Shown here one piece after another: positions 1-7,147 of a DNA stretch of 64,000 nt. The DNA lies in contig JAHLWS010000074.1 of assembly GCA_019057795.1 (NCBI GenBank), forward strand, positions 1-64,000, written 5' to 3'. Every line of letters begins with the position of its first letter. Positions within the stretch are counted from its first letter, which is position 1. This DNA is from Promethearchaeota archaeon. GTDB taxonomy: Archaea; Asgardarchaeota; Lokiarchaeia; Sigyniarchaeales; SOKP01. The notes below the pieces were generated by a model. It was not told the origin of the DNA. It worked only from the letters and a program-made list of their open reading frames with translations, and searched no databases. The position numbers were made by a program, and so were the translations under genes.

Positions 1-504
1 CATAATTTCATTTCCAATTATTTCTAGGGTTTCATCTTGATATCTCCACACGGCTAATATATGTGTAGTTGAGTTCTTTATGAAATTTTTCAGGTCGTTT
101 GTATAAGAACAAACTTCTTTCTTTAAATGGTCGTAAATTATAAATTTTTTATATTTGGCTACTTCAGCATAGAGAATATTCGATATAAGTTTTATTATGA
201 CAAAAATTGCATTATCAAGAATATTTGAATTAGATTGAATAGTATAATTCATTATAAACTTTTTTTCGCCATTTTCTACAAAAGAAACTGATTTTCCCCC
301 ATTCGCAACTACCATTTGAGCTAGTTCTTCCATGGAAACGTTTTTAATAAAAGAATCAACGTAAACTTTTTGTATAATTCCATTTCCTTCAGTTTCTATT
401 ATATTAAGCCAATCAAATTTGTTTTCGTTAATTTCACACTTATTGAATACCTGGTTTCCGTGTAAAAAAGGAGAGTAATTAATTTTGTTGGACTTGATTT
501 TCAT
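1..504 (-). CDS. Hypothetical protein, 5' part; runs off the window edge (MKIKSNKINYSPFLHGNQ...)
   Basis: Manual translation gives an open frame of 168 codons from ATG at 504 to position 1. An archaeal SD motif (AGGGGTGA) lies about 9 nt upstream. Missing from the ORF track because its stop is outside the window. Confidence 0.75.
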   Translation of the reverse strand, partial: MKIKSNKINYSPFLHGNQVFNKCEINENKFDWLNIIETEGNGIIQKVYVDSFIKNVSMEELAQMVVANGGKSVSFVENGEKKFIMNYTIQSNSNILDNAIFVIIKLISNILYAEVAKYKKFIIYDHLKKEVCSYTNDLKNFIKNSTTHILAVWRYQDETLEIIGNEIM

Positions 505-716
505 TTATATTATCACCCCTAAAATTATTATATCAATTTAACTATTTAAATTTTGCTAAAACTCATGTGATTATGAGATCTTAATATTTGTTCACTTTTT
601 ACCTAAAATAAGATAAAAAGAGAGTATAAGGTCCAGAGACGATTTTTTTATCTTACATTAAAAATTTTAATCCTTAAGAGTTTGTTTAAAATTAATTTAG
701 CACCTCTATTTTATAA

Positions 717-1286
717 TTGCTTTACCCAAAAAATATGTTGGTTTCAAATTTTTTGGCTTACCAAAAAATCCACCCTGAGTATAGGCGAGGCGGCGACCGA
801 AAGTCCAATGCCTACATAGAGACCAAAAAAAATCAAAGTGCAAATGCATCACTTAGGTTTTCGCAAACTCAAGCGCAATTATACGACGCTTCGGAGCGGA
901 CTATTAAAACTAAGAGGAAGATAGGCGCGTTCATCCTTGACGGCAAGTTAGAAAACAAGATAGTGGACCAATTTGGCAAGCGTAAGATCTCCCAGCGAAA
1001 AATACTAGAGCAAATTAGAGACGTTGAACAGGGAAGAAAAATCGAAAAGATCGCACTTGAGAAGGCGAACGATAAAAAACGAAACTTAGAAATTTTCAAA
1101 ACCTTAAAAAAACCTAAGAAAAAAGAAGCAGTAATTGTAGCTACTAAGAAAAAAAGAGAAGAAGCCGAAGATGAGGTTAGGCATTGTAAGATTTGCAAAT
1201 TGGGCGTTCAACTAACTTGTCCCGCCTGCAAGGAAACAATCGTTCTGTGCGAGAGGTATAAGAACCCCCTCCTTAAAGCGCCTTGA
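717..1286 (+). CDS. ParB-associated HTH-like protein lacking the ParB N-terminal domain, with a C-terminal Cys4 Zn-ribbon
   Basis: HPEYRRGGDRKS followed by AQLYDASERTI resembles the GGDR(K/R)S+HTH segment of phage/plasmid ParB-like proteins. Lys-rich middle, then CKIC..CPAC..C. The real start may be ATG 735. Confidence 0.55.
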   Translation: MLYPKNMLVSNFLAYQKIHPEYRRGGDRKSNAYIETKKNQSANASLRFSQTQAQLYDASERTIKTKRKIGAFILDGKLENKIVDQFGKRKISQRKILEQIRDVEQGRKIEKIALEKANDKKRNLEIFKTLKKPKKKEAVIVATKKKREEAEDEVRHCKICKLGVQLTCPACKETIVLCERYKNPLLKAP

Positions 1287-1358
1287 TTCGCTTGTTTATG
1301 AGATGTACAAAGAAAGGTATTAAAAAAACTCGAGTAAATAGCTCGCGCGTTATATTTA

Positions 1359-1370
1359 TTTTTTTTTTTT
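1359..1370 (+). terminator. Oligo-T (T12) archaeal terminator
   Basis: T12 run about 70 nt downstream of the 717..1286 stop. Confidence 0.5.
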
Positions 1371-1454
1371 AGATTAATTTTTTACGCTATTCTATTATGT
1401 CGACTTCTTAAAAGATAAAAAATAACTTAATTACAGAATAATCTTATTATTATT

Positions 1455-1793
1455 TTGGTAGTTAACACCATGGAAAATCGAAAGGCAGTCAATGAAGTCG
1501 TGTCCTTTGCTAAAAAATGTTTTAAGCAGACGAGACCGAAATCCTTGGAAGTACGAAGAGTTAAAGACGAAAAAGTAACGGAGTTCGGATTTCCTCCCGT
1601 TGTGCTAAAGTCGAAAGCGATAGTAAAATACATCGTGTGCGCAGATTACACCGATCAGTTGAGAGTTTACTTTTTTTCTAACTCGGGACAATCTTTAGGC
1701 GCCAAAAATTACGACATACCTAATGATATAAAGAACGATATAGCGAAAAAAAGCAATTTAATAACTAAATTCCCTCGAAAACGGCGTCCTTGA
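1455..1793 (+). CDS. Small basic hypothetical protein
   Basis: 112-aa ORF; in-frame ATG at 1470 is a likely start; no recognisable motif. Confidence 0.6.
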   Translation: MVVNTMENRKAVNEVVSFAKKCFKQTRPKSLEVRRVKDEKVTEFGFPPVVLKSKAIVKYIVCADYTDQLRVYFFSNSGQSLGAKNYDIPNDIKNDIAKKSNLITKFPRKRRP

Positions 1794-1814
1794 ACTTTTT
1801 GATAACGAGTATAA

Positions 1815-1934
1815 AATGTCGACAATTGTATAAATTTGTCTACTTTTGTCGACTTTCGTATAATTCTGTCTACCTTTACGCCCAAAAGTCGACCTTATTT
1901 GCTCTTTATCGACGATCTGTGTCAAAAGTAGACG
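1815..1934. repeat. 10-bp-phased array of GTCGAC/GTCTAC/GTAGAC/GTATAA hexamers, including an imperfect 30-bp tandem duplication
   Basis: Hexamers start at 1818, 1828, 1838, 1848, 1858, 1868, 1888, 1908 (ATCGAC) and 1928. Confidence 0.8.
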
Positions 1935-1956
1935 TTATAGAATTATTAAGAGATAT

Positions 1957-2643
1957 TTATTGAATGAGAGGAACTATTCTTAACAATTCCTTCAGTCCAA
2001 ATTCTATATACACCACTCCCAGTATAGATTCAACCAAGGTGCCTTTGATGTGTTCTAACGTCTCGATTTTGGGATCTTCTATCGGATTCGCTTTTAAGCG
2101 ATTCAAGCGACAAGAATACAGCCCCCATTCTTCGCAATATATCGCCAAGTTTTTGTTTGACGCCACATTCTTGCGTTTAGTCGTGAGCTCTCCCGTCGTA
2201 GACAAAGAAGAATCCCATAATATCTGTACTATCGCTAAATCAAGCGCAGCATCGCCAATCAAGGCAAGCACCACTGCTGCATCTCCCGAACTCGCTAATT
2301 CTATTAACTCTTCCTCTCTTAATGGGCGATTTGCGTCGTCCTTAAAATGAGTGCTGAGATCCTCGAAGATGTTTCGGATGCTGGGGCGTGCCAAAGCAAA
2401 CATTACCAGTTCAGGGGTTGGAAACGTTAACCGAAACAAATCTTCCAGCTTGGGAATGATAATCTTTTTGATTTTTTCCATTTGTTCTAAAATATGGTTG
2501 AGTTCCACTAAAAATCCTGAAAGCGTTGCGTATTTTTTAGTATGGTCAACGGGAACGTCGTTTCTTTCTATTTCGACGTATTTTTTTAGCGTCCTCGTTT
2601 TCTTGACCAATCCTATGGCGTTCCACTTGAGTTTATCTTGCAT
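1957..2643 (-). CDS. Ribonuclease III-domain protein without a dsRBD
   Basis: LEDLFRLTF..PEL..ALARPS N-terminal motif, signature-like LALIGDAALDL, GELT.KR.NVASN.NLA and GTLVESILGVVY. Confidence 0.85.
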   Translation of the reverse strand: MQDKLKWNAIGLVKKTRTLKKYVEIERNDVPVDHTKKYATLSGFLVELNHILEQMEKIKKIIIPKLEDLFRLTFPTPELVMFALARPSIRNIFEDLSTHFKDDANRPLREEELIELASSGDAAVVLALIGDAALDLAIVQILWDSSLSTTGELTTKRKNVASNKNLAIYCEEWGLYSCRLNRLKANPIEDPKIETLEHIKGTLVESILGVVYIEFGLKELLRIVPLIQ

Positions 2644-2831
2644 GATATCCTATTGAATTGCGTTTACTTAGATATAATAATTCCTTGTAATAAATGAAAG
2701 TAGTAAAAAAAATGTCTGTCGTATTGTAGTTGGAATTTGAAAAAGCGAGTAAAAATAATTTTGATGTAATTGATAATCAATTAAGAAATTTTTTAATAGT
2801 CTAAATAAAATTTGATATATTATTATCTTAC

Positions 2832-3134
2832 TTATTTATTATTTATTACATTACCATTTCCGGATTTGACTAACGACATTAGTTTTTCTTTGTTTTTTAT
2901 GGCGTACTTACGCGGAGAACGAGGGTTATTTTCGACCGATTTTAAGACCCCGTTGTCTTTCAAGTAGATCAATGTTCGGGTGTAGAAGTTGATGGCGCTC
3001 CGATTTGACGGTTGTACCCCGTGTACATACCTAATTTTTTTTACAGTGATTTTGCCGCCATTTTTGTTCGCAGTTATTTCTCGTATCGCGTATAGCGTCT
3101 GATCCAAATATTTTTTCCAAAAATCAGTAAACAA
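2832..3134 (-). CDS. Small winged-helix DNA-binding protein (putative)
   Basis: ITVKKIR..HGV..(recognition helix) RTLIYLKDNGVL..PRKYAI wing pattern; GGAGTGG SD upstream. Confidence 0.6.
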   Translation of the reverse strand: MFTDFWKKYLDQTLYAIREITANKNGGKITVKKIRYVHGVQPSNRSAINFYTRTLIYLKDNGVLKSVENNPRSPRKYAIKNKEKLMSLVKSGNGNVINNK

Positions 3135-3195
3135 TTTCGACCACTCCTCGCTTAGTAATTATTAGGCTTCATTTTAATTAAATCAAACTAATTTT

Positions 3196-3441
3196 TTAAT
3201 CTATTTTCTTTCGAGAATTTAATTTATAAAGTTTAAAAATGTATCCTCCTTTTTTCGTTTGAGGGAAGTTTCTTTCGTACGATTCTTTACATTTCGCTAG
3301 TTCAATAATAAAGCTATATAACCTGGTTTCTTTTGGTCTATAAGTGTTGACGAGCTCGATTAAAGCTCCTACTCTCTGATTGAGGTTTCGGAAAATCTCC
3401 CTCTCTTTGTCGAACCGACCTTTTTTGCTTTTGTTTTCCAT
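3196..3441 (-). CDS. Small basic hypothetical protein
   Basis: 81-aa ORF with GGAGTTGA SD upstream, co-oriented with 2832..3134. Confidence 0.55.
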   Translation of the reverse strand: MENKSKKGRFDKEREIFRNLNQRVGALIELVNTYRPKETRLYSFIIELAKCKESYERNFPQTKKGGYIFKLYKLNSRKKID

Positions 3442-3598
3442 TGTTCTATATCAACTCCTACGCTACTTTTTCGCTTTTTCTACCATGGAAAAACCTTGTT
3501 CTTATTACGACTGGGAAAAAATTTCAAAAAATCTTAAAAAGTCGAAAAAACCCAATTTTGATCGAAAAATTTGTTTCACACAATTAAAACCCGTTCGC

Positions 3599-3616
3599 AA
3601 AAGAATCGATTCTTTT
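3599..3616. promoter_or_regulatory. Perfect 18-bp palindrome AAAAGAATCGATTCTTTT (candidate operator) in the divergent intergenic region
   Basis: Read directly from the sequence; lies between divergent genes 3441(-) and 3934(+). Confidence 0.5.
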
Positions 3617-3933
3617 AAGAGTTCTCCATTTCAGCTCCACTTAAATCGATGGAAAACGATAGAGTTCCCTTGTATTGGACGATAGGTTTTGGGTAGTTTG
3701 TGGTAGAATTTTATTTTACAATTGTGTCCTAAAAATTGTTCATCTTCTTACATATCTAAAAGATTTTCATTTCTACTATATAATAAAAAAAGTTCATTTT
3801 TTGAGACGAACAAATTCATTTAAATACCCCTCACCCCATCTTAATTTTCTTAGTAAAATTAGCAAATGTTCTTCGAAAAAACTAAAAAAAAAGTTAGCGA
3901 TTAAAAAGGAAAATATTAGAAAAAGAGTAAAAG

Positions 3934-4509
3934 GTGAATAATATCGTTTTAAGTGCTGAATTATTTCGTAACGAATTTAACTTCAGGTTGTCTTCGTTGG
4001 CGGAATCGTTTTTAAAATTTATAATAAGTAAGTACGACCTTGGAAAGCCTACGTACTTTAGTGATATTAAGAAGCATTTCGGTTATAAGACCCATTCGAT
4101 GGTCTCTAGATATTTAACGAGGTTAGAAAATCTAGACCTGATAAAAAAATCAGTCGAAAAAGTAGATAATAGGTGGAAAAAAAGAATTGAAATTAACGAG
4201 AAAGGCATAAATTATTCGCATAAACAAGGTTTAAATTGTTTTTCTAAACTGGCGAAGAAACAAATAAAAATAATTCTAAAAAAAGGTAGACTTAAGTCGT
4301 CTTATACCTACGATTTAAAGGTTATTTACGAGTACAATAAATTGATGATGAGAGAACAACCGACTCATCATAAAATGACGGTTCTTCGCGAGTTGGGACC
4401 ATCATTGGTGCTAGAACCAACGTTAAATAATATATCTGAGGGAAATCGAGACTTCTTTATTGAAATGAACGATCGTTTTCTAAAAGAGCGCTATAAAAAC
4501 GCTCGTTAG
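3934..4509 (+). CDS. Winged-helix (MarR/ArsR-like) transcriptional regulator or DNA-binding protein
   Basis: FSDIKKHFGYKTHSMVSRYLTRLENLDLIKK..RIEINEKG is a classic wHTH pattern. Confidence 0.75.
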   Translation: MNNIVLSAELFRNEFNFRLSSLAESFLKFIISKYDLGKPTYFSDIKKHFGYKTHSMVSRYLTRLENLDLIKKSVEKVDNRWKKRIEINEKGINYSHKQGLNCFSKLAKKQIKIILKKGRLKSSYTYDLKVIYEYNKLMMREQPTHHKMTVLRELGPSLVLEPTLNNISEGNRDFFIEMNDRFLKERYKNAR

Positions 4510-4612
4510 AAAGTTTATGTTGGATCCTTCTTTTGATTCATAGTGTTGGCTATATAGCTCAATAGATTAATTATATTAATAAATTTATGAATAAATAATT
4601 AATTTTTTGGTT

Positions 4613-4683
4613 GTGACCATTTGGTTACATCGGATCCCACAATGCGACCATTTGGTTACATCGGTTGGGAAACATTTATATAG
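4613..4683 (+). promoter_or_regulatory. Promoter of the surface-protein gene: two exact 19-bp direct repeats (GACCATTTGGTTACATCGG at 4615-4633 and 4646-4664) followed by a BRE-like purine stretch and TATA box TTTATATA (4676-4683)
   Basis: Read directly. Repeat spacing is 31 bp, and each copy overlaps an imperfect palindrome G(T/C)GACCA-TT-TGGTTAC. Confidence 0.7.
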
Positions 4684-4777
4684 TAGAAATGAATCTATTT
4701 AAAATTATATACAGAATAAACAAAAAAAAAGAAAGACAAATTTGTACAAAGAAAAAAATAAAAGGTGATAAATAACT

Positions 4778-6628
4778 TTGAAACAGCTAAAAAAAGTAGA
4801 ATGTGGTATTGTAATTACATTATTAGTTCTTAACGTGCTTTTCTCTGTACTGTCCGTTGTTAACGTTCGCGCAGATATAGATCCAACAGATATAGATTAT
4901 GATTGGGAGTTAGATACTTTCTCCGCAGAGATTGGCAGGGTTTGGAACAACGACAACTTTTTGATGAACGAGACAGGCACCTATAACGAAGCATTCAATT
5001 ATTCGCAAGGATATGCGATTAGCGATACCGAGTGGATCGAAGAAGAATCCGTATTTACTTACAACGTAAATTACAGTTACTTTTCAAACCTTACCTTGTT
5101 AGGAGATTACGCTTTAAGCGTTTATTTTGACATATACAAAGTGGATATCTCTTACGGCTCTTCAGTAAAATTTATTTGGGTTGGCTTAAAAAACGGTACT
5201 TTTAGAGCAGAGTACAACATCTACGACATAACTCACGATTTTAAGCACGAAAATTCGTTCTACAAAAAGACAGAAACTACTTATAAAAAATACAATTCTA
5301 TTACGATGGAATTATTGGACACTTGGGACGAGACCATTGAAGATAACGGCAATTGGTTGTCTGAAGATGTACCGGAATCGGAGTACACGATCCATCAAAC
5401 GATAGATATGGAATTTTCCATGCCATTGATTTTAACTTTCCAAGTATACGAGACTCAGAACGGAGAGAAGGTTGCGTGGGCAGATATGATTTCTGATTTT
5501 TACATATTCGAAGATATCGACAAGAACGGGGTGTATTCCGTTGGGGAGACTAAGACAGCCCAAGATATGTTTCGGATGAGTACCAGCGACGAATTGCGCG
5601 GTATATTCATGCCTTGGGCGTTCAATTATACTTTGCATACCGATTATTGGTCCCCCGAATATTCCAGTAGCGATACTGATAACTATCAGTTTCCTGAAGA
5701 CATAGAAGTAGATTATTTTGCCGATAGTATTCAGTTTACGCCCCCTCAACTCGTAGACAACGTAATTGAATGGGACATCCTTTATCCTGATTTCCCTATT
5801 TTTGGGTTCGTTCAGACAGAAGAAGATTGGTTCACTTCTGGCCCAAATTACGTCGACTCATGTCCGGGTAATTTTTCGTTCGGGTATAATTACGAGATAA
5901 CGAACGAAACCGCCGATCTCGACCTTACAGCGCGCTTACCAAGACTTAGCGACGTCGACTTCTTCAACGCGGTTGATAATTTAAGCTTAGCGTTCCCACA
6001 CTATACATATTTCTTATCATCCGCAGATATTGAAGAATCTGGAGACTCTATTGTAACTATTCCTTCTAACGTTTTTCAATTCGATGTAAACGGTTCTCTA
6101 GTAGCTGAAATTAATATGGAAGAGGATAAAAAGTATTATTCTCTTATGGATTATCCCAACCTTGGAAACAACAGAACTTTTGAGGCGATCGGCTCAACAG
6201 TTAGCAGGTTAGTCGCGAACGAGTTAGAAAACAATCCTACAACGCCGAGAAATTGGTTTGTTGACACAATTTTTACGCTCGAAGACATTGATTTGGTAAA
6301 ACTCGACCCGCAATTTAGCAGCGCAATTTCCTTATACAACGTCGAGATACAGAACTATCCAACTTGGAGCGGATACGAACTTATTCACGACCCGACCCTT
6401 ACAATTTATCACGGACAGCAAGACTCCGATGATAACGACGACAATCCCATTGTTCCCAACGACCCAGACGATCCTAGCGACCCTGACGACCCCGAAGATA
6501 CACCCGATAATACTCCCGATCCCGTACCGACAACTATTCCGGGATACGATTTATGGATTGTCATAGCGCTTACAAGTGTAATTACAATACTTATTGCGAG
6601 AAAAAAAAGGTTGTATAAAAAATCCTAA
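4778..6628 (+). CDS. Secreted acidic cell-surface protein with Pro/Asp linker and C-terminal IPGY-TM-basic sorting signal (PGF-CTERM/Loki-CTERM-like)
   Basis: N-terminal signal peptide ending ...VNVRA; DIDKNG Ca-binding-like loop; HDP motif; (DPDD/TPD)n linker; IPGYDLWIVIALTSVITILIARKKR; GGTGA SD before the TTG start. Confidence 0.85.
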   Translation: MKQLKKVECGIVITLLVLNVLFSVLSVVNVRADIDPTDIDYDWELDTFSAEIGRVWNNDNFLMNETGTYNEAFNYSQGYAISDTEWIEEESVFTYNVNYSYFSNLTLLGDYALSVYFDIYKVDISYGSSVKFIWVGLKNGTFRAEYNIYDITHDFKHENSFYKKTETTYKKYNSITMELLDTWDETIEDNGNWLSEDVPESEYTIHQTIDMEFSMPLILTFQVYETQNGEKVAWADMISDFYIFEDIDKNGVYSVGETKTAQDMFRMSTSDELRGIFMPWAFNYTLHTDYWSPEYSSSDTDNYQFPEDIEVDYFADSIQFTPPQLVDNVIEWDILYPDFPIFGFVQTEEDWFTSGPNYVDSCPGNFSFGYNYEITNETADLDLTARLPRLSDVDFFNAVDNLSLAFPHYTYFLSSADIEESGDSIVTIPSNVFQFDVNGSLVAEINMEEDKKYYSLMDYPNLGNNRTFEAIGSTVSRLVANELENNPTTPRNWFVDTIFTLEDIDLVKLDPQFSSAISLYNVEIQNYPTWSGYELIHDPTLTIYHGQQDSDDNDDNPIVPNDPDDPSDPDDPEDTPDNTPDPVPTTIPGYDLWIVIALTSVITILIARKKRLYKKS

Positions 6629-6640
6629 ATTTAAATTTTA

Positions 6641-6652
6641 TTTTTTTTTTTT
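6641..6652 (+). terminator. Oligo-T (T12) terminator
   Basis: T12 run 12 nt after the 4778..6628 stop. Confidence 0.55.
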
Positions 6653-6655
6653 AAA

Positions 6656-6883
6656 ATGAATAAACTAAATTATAAAGAAATGACTCGTACGCAGAAAAAA
6701 ACAAAGAAAACCGATCCGATCCCTATAGATAGAATTTTAGAGTACAACGAAAAGGAGTTAAGGCCAATTGCCAACAGGCAAATTAAATCTCTTGAGAAAC
6801 GGAGGGATTTGACACGTAAATTTAGACTTTATAATTACTATATTAATCAAGTTATCTTAGATGAAAAAGGTGAAGTATCATAA
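6656..6883 (+). CDS. Small basic hypothetical protein
   Basis: 75-aa ATG-initiated ORF between the surface protein and the giant gene; no motif recognised. Confidence 0.45.
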   Translation: MNKLNYKEMTRTQKKTKKTDPIPIDRILEYNEKELRPIANRQIKSLEKRRDLTRKFRLYNYYINQVILDEKGEVS

Positions 6884-7147
6884 CCTTTCAAAAAAACGTT
6901 CAGGAAAAGGAAAAAAAATATATACAGGTAGTTGAAAAAAATTCCAATTATCATATTAATTACAATTTTTCGATTCCAACTATTTTGGATTTAAGTTCGT
7001 TTGTACATAACGAAGGTACGTTTTTTATAGCTCTTTATAATTCACATTTACCTAAGAAATTGTTAGATTTTCTCATAGAATTGAGAAATTACACTACAGA
7101 AGTAAGAAGAATATTTCAACAAAAAACAAAAATAAGATGAATCAAAA

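Noticed and set aside
609-655. 11-bp inverted repeat TAAGATAAAAA / TTTTTATCTTA as an element terminus
   Set aside because: Low-complexity AT-rich match with no counterpart found at the right junction; may only be a regulator site
1815-1934. Possible CRISPR array
   Set aside because: Units are 6-bp cores on a 10-bp period without unique 30-40 bp spacers, and no cas genes are present; the 4615-4664 and 51842-51895 repeats fail for the same reason
869-3941. Overlapping ORFs 869..1198, 1427..1633, 1964..2350, 2351..2656, 3380..3685 and 3675..3941
   Set aside because: Antisense to better-supported genes, or low-complexity A/T-tract translations of the intergenic control region
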